DNA from: a virus
Length of the DNA stretch: 64,000 bases
Virus record (IMG/VR): IMGVR_UViG_3300036799_000109
Location: 5,172 to 69,171 of that record
Reading direction: 5' to 3' (one strand)
The notes under the pieces: model-generated
The model's database searches: none
What the model saw: only the letters and a program-made list of their open reading frames with translations
What the model was told of the DNA's origin: nothing
Shown here: positions 18,912 through 28,189 of the stretch, piece by piece
How positions within the stretch are numbered: position 1 is the stretch's first letter
Layout of the letters: each line of letters opens with the position of its first letter
Made by a program: the position numbers and the translations under genes

Positions 18912-20126
18912 TCACCCGCCGATCATGGTGATAGCGATGCTGCCTGGAGTCGGCAACGGCGCCGCCCCCGGCAGCTGCCCGTCCTGCGGCACCTGCGCGC
19001 CCGCGTCGATGCCGATGGCGAGGCTCGCCACCCAGGCCACACCCGGCACGTCCTTGATGACCGCCGCGACATCCAGGTATCTGACCGTGGGCGTGTTGGT
19101 CCAGGTGTCCGTCCAGGCCCCGTTGTCGTCGAGGGTGTCTCCCCAGTGCACAGGGGACAGGAAGGCCTGCACCGCGGCGAGCACATCGGCCTGCACCGTG
19201 TTGAGCACCACGCCCGCCCTGCCGACGACCTGCGCGGACACGGTGACCGGTGTCGTCGTCGGCGAGATCACGTTCACCACGAAGTTGACCTCGCGCATCG
19301 CGTCCAGCACCGCCGCGAGCGCGTCGCGCGCCGCGAGGCCCAGCGCGTTGCCCGCCGCGTCGACCGCCGCCACCGTGACCATGCGCGCGTTGCCCGATGT
19401 GCCGTCCGCGGGGTTGTAGCCGTTGAGCGCCGTGGCCCGCTGCACCCCAGGCTGGTCGGCTGCGATCGCCGCGAAATCACCCGGCAGGATCGGCCGGGGG
19501 CTGAGCAGCTTCAGGCGTGCGCGCAGCCGATCCAGGTAGGCGTCGGTGGTCTCCGGATCGGACCCGCCTGAGGTGGCCGCCGTCGAGACGACGCTCGACA
19601 CCCACGCCAGGTTGCTGAACAGCTGCAGCGTGCCCGCCTCCAGCCCGTTCGCCGACGAGCCCGCCTCCAGCGCGAGCAGCGTGACCGCCCCGGCCGACGT
19701 GGCGCTCGATCCCGGTGGGATCACGACGTCGTCCGTGACCTCGAACAGGACTGAGGTCGTCAGCGACGTGGAGATGCCCACGATGGTGCCCGCGGGGATG
19801 GTGTGCCCCGCTGTGTCGTAGACCGTCCAGGTGCTCTGCACCGTTGCCATTGACCCGGCCAGCGGTGCGACGTCGAGCACCGACTGCCCGAAGTACTGGT
19901 AGATGGCCTGGCTGGCTTGGCCCGCGACCTGCGCCGAGGTCGCCGCCATGCGCGCCAGCGCGTAGGTGAGCCACACTTCGAGGTTGCCGTCGCGGGGCAC
20001 CCAGCCCGGCAGGTTCGCCCCGATCTGGGCGAGCGCCTGCGTGGCGAGGTCGGTGGAGTCGGCGGTGACCGGGATCGCGATGTAGCCGGTCGGGGTGACC
20101 GTCACCGTGGGCAGCGGGTCGGTCAT
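18912..20126 (-). CDS. Baseplate J-like protein
   Basis: IPAGT, GGSDPETTDAYLDR, PGVQRA, DVPGV motifs. Confidence 0.9.
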   Translation of the reverse strand: MTDPLPTVTVTPTGYIAIPVTADSTDLATQALAQIGANLPGWVPRDGNLEVWLTYALARMAATSAQVAGQASQAIYQYFGQSVLDVAPLAGSMATVQSTWTVYDTAGHTIPAGTIVGISTSLTTSVLFEVTDDVVIPPGSSATSAGAVTLLALEAGSSANGLEAGTLQLFSNLAWVSSVVSTAATSGGSDPETTDAYLDRLRARLKLLSPRPILPGDFAAIAADQPGVQRATALNGYNPADGTSGNARMVTVAAVDAAGNALGLAARDALAAVLDAMREVNFVVNVISPTTTPVTVSAQVVGRAGVVLNTVQADVLAAVQAFLSPVHWGDTLDDNGAWTDTWTNTPTVRYLDVAAVIKDVPGVAWVASLAIGIDAGAQVPQDGQLPGAAPLPTPGSIAITMIGG

Positions 20127-20419
20127 GGCAGCTCCGCTCGCAACTGGGCTGTGCCGTCGCCCGCGATGTCCAGGTGCACCCGCGTGCCCGTCGCGCGAGG
20201 CTCCCAGGTCGTGATGGCCTGCTGAACCAGCGCCAGCTGCTCGCCGCGGGTGAACGTCAGGTCAGGCACCCCGTAGGAGGGCAGCTCGACCCGCGTCCGG
20301 GTGGTCGTGGCCAGCAGCACGGCGACGCACTGCGAGACCTCGGCACGCGAGTCCTGGTCGAGCACGCCGAGGGCACCATCGGAGCCGACCTGCACGGGGT
20401 AGGAGAAGTGCGGGAGCAC
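20123..20419 (-). CDS. gp25/GpW-like baseplate wedge subunit
   Basis: AAGGAGG RBS; LLATTTRTRVELPSYG...WEPR motif. Confidence 0.8.
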   Translation of the reverse strand: MLPHFSYPVQVGSDGALGVLDQDSRAEVSQCVAVLLATTTRTRVELPSYGVPDLTFTRGEQLALVQQAITTWEPRATGTRVHLDIAGDGTAQLRAELP

Positions 20420-20439
20420 CAGGTCACCCCTCCTTGTTG

Positions 20440-20721
20440 CTAGCCGTTCCAGCCGACGAACATCACGACATACGGGCGGGACAGGTCCGTGCCGACGAAC
20501 ATCACGAGGCAGCGCGTCCCCGCAGGTGGCAGCACCCCGCCAGGCACCGGCTGATACGGGGCCGGCCCGAACTGGTAGTCGGGGCTGAACACGGGGATGA
20601 CGACCTGCACGCTCGCCGCGCTCGCCGCGACGACGACCGCCTCCTGGGGGCCTTCCATCGCCGGGGACGCCGTCTGGTGGCGGGTGATCGCGTAGGTGAG
20701 CTGGCGCATCACCAGATCCAT
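20440..20721 (-). CDS. Baseplate spike (gpV-like OB fold)
   Basis: VQVVIP...LPPAGTRCLVMFVGTDLSRPYV. Confidence 0.7.
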   Translation of the reverse strand: MDLVMRQLTYAITRHQTASPAMEGPQEAVVVAASAASVQVVIPVFSPDYQFGPAPYQPVPGGVLPPAGTRCLVMFVGTDLSRPYVVMFVGWNG

Positions 20722-20736
20722 GACGGGCGCTCCAGG

Positions 20737-21036
20737 TCACTCGGTGGGCAGTCGCACCCACTCGGTCAGCAGTTCTCGCGCGTCCGTCCAGGCGGGTTCC
20801 CTGTCCGCGAGGTAGGTCTCGTCGCGCGGCCCGTCGTGCAGGCGCACCAGCTGGGCCAGGGCCTGGCGGGTGCGCACCACCAGGTCCGCGAGCTCCGCGG
20901 TGTCCATCACCCCGATCATCGGATGCCAGAGCGAGTCCTGACCGGGCACCTCGACGTACAGGGTGCGGTGCGCGCCTTTGCCCCGGTAGTTCTTCGAGCC
21001 CTGCCGCCAGGGCCACGCGGGGTCGATGTCGAGCAC
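20737..21036 (-). CDS. Hypothetical protein
   Basis: GAGGAGGAG RBS, GTG start, 99 aa. Confidence 0.6.
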   Translation of the reverse strand: MLDIDPAWPWRQGSKNYRGKGAHRTLYVEVPGQDSLWHPMIGVMDTAELADLVVRTRQALAQLVRLHDGPRDETYLADREPAWTDARELLTEWVRLPTE

Positions 21037-21047
21037 CGCGCTCCTCC

Positions 21048-21893
21048 TCAGGTGGTGTTGACGGGCTCGGGCAGCGTCGGCTGCGGGCGGATCATCGTGA
21101 TCGTCGCCGGGGTGTGATACAGGTCCCGGTCGATCTTCGAGACCATCCAGTAGTTCGTGCCCGGCCCCATGCCTTCGACGGCGATGATCGCCCCTAGGTC
21201 GCCGTGCCACTGCGGGGCGTAGGTGTACACGGTGCACTCGGCCAGCGGCTTGCCCACGTCCCAGTCGGTGAGGTCGATGAAGTCGATGCCGTTGGTGTAC
21301 TCCTGGATGTGCATCACCGGGTTCTTGTAGGCCTGGAACAGCCAGTCATCCGGCCCGAAGATCACCGACGTTCCATCGGAGAAGCACCGGTAGCCGACCT
21401 CCTGCGCGATCCGCACCAGGCACGTCCAGGAGTCTTCCTGCGCGTCGCTGGAGGTGCCTCGCGACAGCGGCTCCTTCGCTCTCGGGGTGTTCGGCGCCCC
21501 GATGAACCTGATGCCGGCCTGCCGCACCAGCTGGTAGGCGAAGTCGACGCGGGTGCACACGTTGGGCGCCGCGGCGAGCGGGCCTTTCATCGTGCGCAGC
21601 TTCGCGACCACGCTGTCCTCGAACACCAGCCTGGTCTGGTTCTGCCGTTTGCCGACCTTCACCAGCACGAAGCTGATGCCGCTGATGGCGATGCGCGACG
21701 CCTGGTTCGCCACCGGGGAGTTGAGCACCGTGCGGTACTGGTCCTCGACGGTGATGTCCAGCGTCGACGCCTGGTTGATGTCGCGGCTGATCGTGACCGC
21801 TGTCGCCAGGTCGTCGAGCGGCAGTTTGCTCGCCAGCGACAGGTTCGACGCGAAGTAGCCCGACAGGGCGGCGAAGTAGGAGTCGAACGCCAC
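21048..21893 (-). CDS. Baseplate hub (gp27/gpD-like)
   Basis: EDSWTCLVRIAQEVGY motif; position between LysM and spike genes. Confidence 0.75.
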   Translation of the reverse strand: MAFDSYFAALSGYFASNLSLASKLPLDDLATAVTISRDINQASTLDITVEDQYRTVLNSPVANQASRIAISGISFVLVKVGKRQNQTRLVFEDSVVAKLRTMKGPLAAAPNVCTRVDFAYQLVRQAGIRFIGAPNTPRAKEPLSRGTSSDAQEDSWTCLVRIAQEVGYRCFSDGTSVIFGPDDWLFQAYKNPVMHIQEYTNGIDFIDLTDWDVGKPLAECTVYTYAPQWHGDLGAIIAVEGMGPGTNYWMVSKIDRDLYHTPATITMIRPQPTLPEPVNTT

Positions 21894-21903
21894 CGCCGTC
21901 TCC

Positions 21904-22638
21904 TCACCAGGGCAGTCGCAGCCAGGAGCCTGGCTTGACGGTGTTCGGGTCCTTGATGCCGTTGAGCTGTCCGATGACCGTCCACCAGCGCGCGTCGCCG
22001 AGTTGCCGTGCCGCGATCTGCTCCAGCGTCTCGCCGAGCTTCACCGCGTAGTCCCGCCATGCCCCCGCGGGAATGGCCGCGAGCTGGGCGAGCAGGTCGG
22101 CCGGCAGCGCGGACACCCCTGGCGTGGCGCTGATGACAGCTGAGGAACTGGCCTGGATCTGGGTCTGTGCGATCTGCGCGGGGCTGCCGAAGGTGCGGGT
22201 GATGAAGCTGGCCTCCAGCGTGGTCAGCTTCACCTCCTGCTGGATGCGGGCGTGGTCGGCGCGTCGCTGTGCTGCCCCCCACTCGATGTTGATCACGACC
22301 CACTCGCTGATACCCGCGGTGTCCACCGGCCCGGTGATGCGCAACGGCGTCGGCTCCCGCCGACCGTTCACCGGGTAGCGCCAGCCGTGCACCAGGTCGC
22401 ACTCAGCCTCGACGCTGTCCCCGATGTCGGCCCGGTCGAGCACCAGGGGCAGCACCAGCTGCGTGAGCTGCGTCGAGTTGAACTCCACGAACGGCTTGCG
22501 CGTGGGCCGGTCCAGTGCGACCCACGGGTAGCCACCTGAGCTGTACACCGAGTTGACCGCGTCGCCGAGGAGGCCGAATTCGATCGACGGCGCGGTCGCC
22601 GGGTAGACGGGGGTGATCATCACATCCGGCGCGGGCAT
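21904..22638 (-). CDS. LysM-domain tail tube initiator
   Basis: C-terminal YAVKLGETLEQIAARQLGDARWWTVIGQLNGIKDPNTVKPGSWLRLP. Confidence 0.85.
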   Translation of the reverse strand: MPAPDVMITPVYPATAPSIEFGLLGDAVNSVYSSGGYPWVALDRPTRKPFVEFNSTQLTQLVLPLVLDRADIGDSVEAECDLVHGWRYPVNGRREPTPLRITGPVDTAGISEWVVINIEWGAAQRRADHARIQQEVKLTTLEASFITRTFGSPAQIAQTQIQASSSAVISATPGVSALPADLLAQLAAIPAGAWRDYAVKLGETLEQIAARQLGDARWWTVIGQLNGIKDPNTVKPGSWLRLPW

Positions 22639-22656
22639 GTGATGATCACCCCTCGT

Positions 22657-25600
22657 CTACATGCGCGCTGCCGCGTCGGACAGCGCCCGCCGAACCTCGT
22701 CGTAGGTCTTGCGCGAGTCCCCGGACTCGGTGATGTACACCGGCCCGAGGGTGATGCTCCCGCCGATGCGCGTGTTGCTGCTCTGCCCCGCCGAGGACCG
22801 ATCCGCATCGCCACCCCCGATGTTGGGGACGACGACCCCCGGCGAGGCAGGCACCACGATCTCGGGGCCTTTCTCGCCCACGAGATACGCCTGACCGGCT
22901 GCGACCGCGCCGCCGATTTCCCTGGTCGGGATTCCGAGGCGGGCGGCGAGCGAGGCCGCGGGCATGACGCCACCGGCCTCGTAGCCGATGTACTGCCCGT
23001 TGGCGCCCCGGCGCCCACCGGCCATGAGCATCCCTGACCCGTACTGGGCGAGGGCATAACGGACACCAGCCGTGATATTCGCAATTGGGTCAGTTATGGG
23101 CCTATTGGACAAACTGGGCAGAACGTAGGCGCGGAACGTCGACGGGATGGTCTGCATCAGCCCCTGCGACGGATGCCCCGCACGTGCGTTGCTGTCCCAG
23201 TTGTTGATCGCGGAAGGGTTGCCCCCGCTCTCGTGCATGATCAGCGTGCTGATCCCCGGCGCGAACGCGTGCGACATGCCCATCAGGTCGAGCGCCTGCA
23301 TGATCCAGGCCATGACCTGCGCCGGGGCGGCCGCGCTGCCCTGACCCGCCGCGGGCGGCACGTACTGGGTGTCGAACCAGTCCAGCGCCTTCGCCCGGAC
23401 CTTGTTCACCATCCCCGGCACGAACGCCGCGAAGCTGTCTGCCGGCACGTCGAGCACCGGCCACGTCGACTCGATGACAGCGTGAATGCCCTTCGACGCG
23501 ATGTCCCCAGCCCACTCCGCTGCCGACTTCAGCGCCCCGCCGACCGCCTTCACACCACTCGTGATGCCATCCCAGGCGCCGCCGATGACCCCGCCCACGT
23601 CGTACCCCGGCGCGCTGTCCGACCCCAGCAGGTAGGCCGCGAGATCCTGGAACAACCCCAGTGCCCTGCCCCTGTGCCGCGGGTCGGTCGGAATCACATA
23701 CTCCGGATGCGCCGGGTCGCCTTCGCCGACGATCGCCCGCGGCCCACGGGTCATGAACCCCGCGCCGACCTCGCTGAAGAAGTCCAGCGGCCCACCCTCG
23801 GCCAGGTACCGCACCGGGATCACACCACCAGCCTGGAGCTCCGGCACGTGCGGGATCTCCAGATGGATCGAGAACCCGATCGCCCCCGCGATGTTGTTGA
23901 CCACCTTCAGGAAGCCGTTGACCACGTCGATCACGACGTTGGCCCCGGAGACGAAGATGTGTTTCATCTCGTCCCACAGGCCGTGGAAGATGCCGCGCAT
24001 CGAGTTCCACAGGTCCGTGAAGCTGTTCCCGATCCAGTCGGCCAGGTCACCGAGGACGCCCACGATCATCCCGAAGATGTCGTTCAGCAGGTTCCCGACC
24101 AGCTTCTTGATGTCCTCCCAGGCCCGCGACCAGTGCCCGGTGACGATGTCCAGGAAGATCGAGATGATCCCGATGATCAGATCACGGGCGAACTTCAGGA
24201 TCCCGATGATGATGTCCCACGCGATCTTGATCACGCCGATGATCGCGTCCCAGGCGAGTTTGATGACCAGCCAGATCAGCTGAAAACCGATCCGCACCAC
24301 CGGCAGGATGATCGCCAGGGCGAACGTGATGATGCTGCTGATCAACCCCCAGGCCCACTTGATGAACCCGACCAGCGGCGCCGTCTCCTCCTTGATCTTC
24401 CCCCAGGCGAACCGAACCACGGTGACGATCTCGTCCCAGTGGGAGTTGATGAAATCGGTGATCGGCGCGAAGTACTGCTTGATGTCGTCGAGCACCTTGC
24501 GGATGAAGGAGGACAGCTCCCCGAATCGGGTTTTCGCGAAACCGACGATGTCGGCCCAGATCCACACAACGGTGTCGCGCAGCTTGCTCAGCGGCACGCG
24601 GACCCCGTCGACCAGCGGCCGGAACAGGGCGACGATGACCGCGACAGCACCCTTGATGATCATCGTGAGGAAGTTCCACACGGCCACCGCAGGGCCCTTG
24701 ATCGTGTTCCAGACCCACTCCGCCGCAGCGACGATGCCGTGCAGCGCAGCGGTCGCGACCTCCCGAAACTGCTTCCAGTGATTCCAGGCGTAGATCAGAG
24801 CGGCGACCATCGCGATGATCGCGATCACGATCAGGCCGATGACGTTGGCCGCCATCGCCGCGTCCATCTCCCACAGCGCCGTGTTGAGGATCGCCTGCAC
24901 CGTGACCCACAGCGTCTGCACCGCGACCACGATTTTCGTGACCGCCGCCCACGTCACGTAGAGGCCGACGAGGATGCCGACGACCTCGATCAGCGTCTTC
25001 GCCGCACCGATGTGCCTCGACATGCCGCCCGCGACACTGCTGAATACGCCGACCAGGTCCTTCATCACCGGCAGGAAAGCGGTACCCAGCTCGATACCGG
25101 CCGACTTGAATTTCGCCTCGGTCTGCGCGAGTTGCTGGTTGAAAGTCTTCTGGACCTCCGCGAAACCGGAGACCTGACCTTTCGAATCGGCGTGCGCCGC
25201 GCCGATTCTTTTGACCGCATCCGCCGTGTAGTCCGCGTTCCGCCCGCCAATCAGCAGGGCCACGTTCATGCCGGTCTGGTCACCCATCGCGCCCTTCATC
25301 GCGGACGCATAGGTCTGCCACACCTCGGTGCCGGTTTTCGTCTCCGACCCGATCCCGTGTGTCGACTTCGCCAGCGAGGCGAACGACATCGCCTGCCCCT
25401 GCGCGATCGGATCCAGCTCACGCGCAGCGTGGTAGTACTCGTTCCAGGTCATGGTCCCATCGGCCACGTGCGACGCCAGCTCCTGCGCGGCAGGCACCAA
25501 CTTAGACATGGCGTCGCGCATGTTCAGGATCACGCGCGTCGAATCCGGCCCCATGTGCTTCTGAATGGCCTGGTCGATTTCCGCGATAGTCCCGGTGAGA

Positions 25601-26823
25601 CCCTTTTTCCCGAGGTCCTCCTGCAACTGCTGATAGGAGATCCCCAGCAACGCCAGTTCGTTTCGCTGCGGACCCGTGGTCGCCTGCAAGTGACCAATGG
25701 CGTGCGCCAGGTTCTGCGTCGCCTGCTGAGCTGTGAACCCGTGCACCGTCATTGACGACAGCGCGCCGAGAACGTCTTCCAGAGGAATCCGCGCCGACGA
25801 CGCCGCGGGCAGCACCGAGTGCAGAGAACTCGCCAGGTCCTGGAAGGACATTTTGCCGACGCTCGTCGCGGCGACGAGTTTCGACATGACCTCGGTCGAG
25901 GCGTCGGTCACCTCACCGACCGACTTCGCGGCCGGGTAGTAGTCGCGCATCGCGCTGGTCAGCGCGGACACGACTTCCTTCGCGTCGGCGCCCTCAGCCT
26001 TGGCGCCTTCCTCGCCGGCCTTCAGCACCGCGAGGCCCTGCGCACCCCGATAGGACGCCGACTCCACGACGTACATCGCGCCCGACAGGTCCAGCGCCGA
26101 CACCCCGACCTGGCCGGCCATGTCGAGCATTCCCTGACGCACCAGGTCCAGGCCCTTCGGCCCGACGATCTCACCAGCGGAGGTGACCAGCCGCGTCGTC
26201 GACTGCTCGAAGTCGCCGGCCATCTTCACCGAGGCGTAGGTCGCGACCCCCGTCGCCGCAGCGACCCCGAGGAACGCCGTCTTCGCCGCGGCGCCCGTCG
26301 CGTGCATCGCCGCGCGCTGCTTGGCCTGCGCAGCCTCGGTGCGATCCGCGGCGAGCCGCTGCGCGGCCACGTTCCGCTCGGACGCGGCCACCTCGTCGTC
26401 GGCGGCGATCTTCGCCGCGGACGCCGTCGACCTGTACGACTGCGCCTCACGTAGCCGCGCCTGCGCTGCAGCGTCAGCGTCCTTCGCAGCCTGCACCTGG
26501 GCAGCCGAGGTGGCCCTGAGGGACGCCTCACGGGCCGCCTGAGACGTCTTCGCTGCCTCGACCTCAGCTTTCGCCTCGGCCTTCACAGCGGCCTCGTACT
26601 CGACCGTCCGCGCCTTCGCGACGTTGGTCGCCTCGCCGAGCTCCAGCCGCGCCCGAGCCAGCGCCGACGCCGGGGCGGCCGCGGCGCGCTCCACATCAGA
26701 CGCCGCCGACTGCGCCCGCTGAAACTTCTCCACCGCCGACGAGGCCTCGCCGAGACCGGCGATGTACGCGGCCTTGCCGGTGAGCACGAGACGCGCGCCG
26801 ACCTCCGTGAGCCCGCCGATCAT
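22657..26823 (-). CDS. Tape measure protein with lytic transglycosylase (SLT) domain
   Basis: 1388 aa, Ala-rich with Trp/Phe-periodic repeats; HESGGNPSAINNWDSNA...SQGLMQ SLT motif; LVGEKGPE tail motif. Confidence 0.95.
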   Translation of the reverse strand: MIGGLTEVGARLVLTGKAAYIAGLGEASSAVEKFQRAQSAASDVERAAAAPASALARARLELGEATNVAKARTVEYEAAVKAEAKAEVEAAKTSQAAREASLRATSAAQVQAAKDADAAAQARLREAQSYRSTASAAKIAADDEVAASERNVAAQRLAADRTEAAQAKQRAAMHATGAAAKTAFLGVAAATGVATYASVKMAGDFEQSTTRLVTSAGEIVGPKGLDLVRQGMLDMAGQVGVSALDLSGAMYVVESASYRGAQGLAVLKAGEEGAKAEGADAKEVVSALTSAMRDYYPAAKSVGEVTDASTEVMSKLVAATSVGKMSFQDLASSLHSVLPAASSARIPLEDVLGALSSMTVHGFTAQQATQNLAHAIGHLQATTGPQRNELALLGISYQQLQEDLGKKGLTGTIAEIDQAIQKHMGPDSTRVILNMRDAMSKLVPAAQELASHVADGTMTWNEYYHAARELDPIAQGQAMSFASLAKSTHGIGSETKTGTEVWQTYASAMKGAMGDQTGMNVALLIGGRNADYTADAVKRIGAAHADSKGQVSGFAEVQKTFNQQLAQTEAKFKSAGIELGTAFLPVMKDLVGVFSSVAGGMSRHIGAAKTLIEVVGILVGLYVTWAAVTKIVVAVQTLWVTVQAILNTALWEMDAAMAANVIGLIVIAIIAMVAALIYAWNHWKQFREVATAALHGIVAAAEWVWNTIKGPAVAVWNFLTMIIKGAVAVIVALFRPLVDGVRVPLSKLRDTVVWIWADIVGFAKTRFGELSSFIRKVLDDIKQYFAPITDFINSHWDEIVTVVRFAWGKIKEETAPLVGFIKWAWGLISSIITFALAIILPVVRIGFQLIWLVIKLAWDAIIGVIKIAWDIIIGILKFARDLIIGIISIFLDIVTGHWSRAWEDIKKLVGNLLNDIFGMIVGVLGDLADWIGNSFTDLWNSMRGIFHGLWDEMKHIFVSGANVVIDVVNGFLKVVNNIAGAIGFSIHLEIPHVPELQAGGVIPVRYLAEGGPLDFFSEVGAGFMTRGPRAIVGEGDPAHPEYVIPTDPRHRGRALGLFQDLAAYLLGSDSAPGYDVGGVIGGAWDGITSGVKAVGGALKSAAEWAGDIASKGIHAVIESTWPVLDVPADSFAAFVPGMVNKVRAKALDWFDTQYVPPAAGQGSAAAPAQVMAWIMQALDLMGMSHAFAPGISTLIMHESGGNPSAINNWDSNARAGHPSQGLMQTIPSTFRAYVLPSLSNRPITDPIANITAGVRYALAQYGSGMLMAGGRRGANGQYIGYEAGGVMPAASLAARLGIPTREIGGAVAAGQAYLVGEKGPEIVVPASPGVVVPNIGGGDADRSSAGQSSNTRIGGSITLGPVYITESGDSRKTYDEVRRALSDAAARM

Positions 26824-26835
26824 CCGAGCCCCCGT

Positions 26836-27075
26836 TCAGCCGCCGAGCGACCGTGCGACCGCGTTGCCGATGCGCACGCTCAGCGCCTCGATCACCTGCT
26901 CCAGCAGTTCCGCTTCCAGCACGACGGCGCGCTGCACCACGGCGCTGGTGAGGATGTAGTCGTCGCCCTCGAGAGCGAGCACCTGCAGCGGGTTGAGCCC
27001 GAACCGCAGACCGAGCGCCGCCGTCATCAGGTGCGGGGCGTACTCGTCATCCGGATCTGTCAGTCCCCGAAAAAA
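26836..27075 (-). CDS. Tail assembly chaperone, -1 frameshift extension (GT)
   Basis: -1 frame is open from slippery T TTT TTC (27069-27075): FRGLTDPDDEYAPHLMTAALG... Confidence 0.75.
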   Translation of the reverse strand, partial: FFRGLTDPDDEYAPHLMTAALGLRFGLNPLQVLALEGDDYILTSAVVQRAVVLEAELLEQVIEALSVRIGNAVARSLGG

Positions 27076-27695
27076 TTCTCGGTGTCCCGAGGCGCCTGAA
27101 TGCCCGACCAGCGCACCAGCTCGTTCATCGCGTTGACGATCTGCGCCTCGGTCGGGAACAGCGCGAGCACGACGTCGACCGCCCCGAAACGGCCCTCCAA
27201 CCCGAGGGCGTACCCGAGGTCCTGGTCGAACTTCGTCCAGTCCCCGGTCTCGTCGCCGTCGCGCAGGCTGAGCTTCGGGCGCTCGTCGGTCGCGGGGTCC
27301 TCAGCGGGTTTGCCCTCGATCGCATACACGCCCATGCAGGCCTCGACCAGGGCGTCGGCGTGGGCCAGCTCGGCGAAGTTGCGGACCTTCTTGCCCTGTC
27401 GCTTGCGGTGCTCCATCGCACGGCCCATGTCGCTCGGCCTGGCAGGGCGGCAGCGCACGTAGATGCTGATCGGGGTGGGGTCGTCAGGGTCCTCATGCCA
27501 TCCAGGGACCAGCAGGTCCAGGTACAGCGTCTGCTGCTGGCGCTGACGGCGGGCGCGCAATGACCCGAGAGGCGAGTCGTTCGTCGGCGCCACGGCACTG
27601 AACTCGGCCTCGGACGTGTGGCCGTTGCCGGTGGAGCCCAGGGCGTACACGCCGCTGTCCGCCGTGCTGTCGAGATCCCTGTCGAGGCTGGTCAT
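27060..27695 (-). CDS. Tail assembly chaperone (G)
   Basis: Between tube and tape measure; ends ENFFGD at the slippery site. Confidence 0.8.
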   Translation of the reverse strand: MTSLDRDLDSTADSGVYALGSTGNGHTSEAEFSAVAPTNDSPLGSLRARRQRQQQTLYLDLLVPGWHEDPDDPTPISIYVRCRPARPSDMGRAMEHRKRQGKKVRNFAELAHADALVEACMGVYAIEGKPAEDPATDERPKLSLRDGDETGDWTKFDQDLGYALGLEGRFGAVDVVLALFPTEAQIVNAMNELVRWSGIQAPRDTENFFGD

Positions 27696-28111
27696 GAACG
27701 GGTCTCCACGGAGATGGTCAGCTCGAACATGCGCACCGCGCTGGATGTCGAGTCGTAGTCACCGGGCTTCACCGTCAGCACCCGGCCTCTCCAGGTCGTC
27801 GGCGAGCCCCAGGCATGGAAGTCGTCGTCCAGTGGCTGCTCGACGACGGTCGCCATCCACCGGCCGGAGTGGTTCGCGAGGGTGCGGATCAGCTCGTGAT
27901 CACGGTCGCGTTCGTAGACGCGGTTGCACACGACGTCGGTGTAGGTCGGCAGGGTGGCGTACGACTTCTCGGTGAAGCTCCCACCGGGGCGGTGCTTCGC
28001 CGCGGTGGCCTGCGTGTCACCACCGCTTCTCTTGTCGAAGACTCCGAGGCTCTGGCTGCCACCGGGGTAGTCGACGGTGACTGTGAGCAGGGACTGCATG
28101 GCTGTCGACAC
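27692..28111 (-). CDS. Tail tube protein
   Basis: 139 aa after the sheath; DYDSTSSAVRMFELTI gp19-like motif. Confidence 0.8.
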   Translation of the reverse strand: MSTAMQSLLTVTVDYPGGSQSLGVFDKRSGGDTQATAAKHRPGGSFTEKSYATLPTYTDVVCNRVYERDRDHELIRTLANHSGRWMATVVEQPLDDDFHAWGSPTTWRGRVLTVKPGDYDSTSSAVRMFELTISVETRS

Positions 28112-28138
28112 GACGCCACCTCCAGGTTGTGGACATGC

Positions 28139-28176
28139 CAGCGCCCCTCAGCCACGGGGAGAGCTGAGGGGCGCTG
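28139..28176. terminator. Hairpin between sheath and tube genes
   Basis: CAGCGCCCCTCAGC/GCTGAGGGGCGCTG 14-bp stem. Confidence 0.6.
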
Positions 28177-28189
28177 AACGAACGGTGGA

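Noticed and set aside
23173-25755. Long plus-strand ORFs (860 aa here, 538 aa at 41613-43229, 534 aa at 476-2080)
   Set aside because: These are antisense shadows of real genes in high-GC DNA; they have no motifs and Arg/His/Asp-skewed composition.
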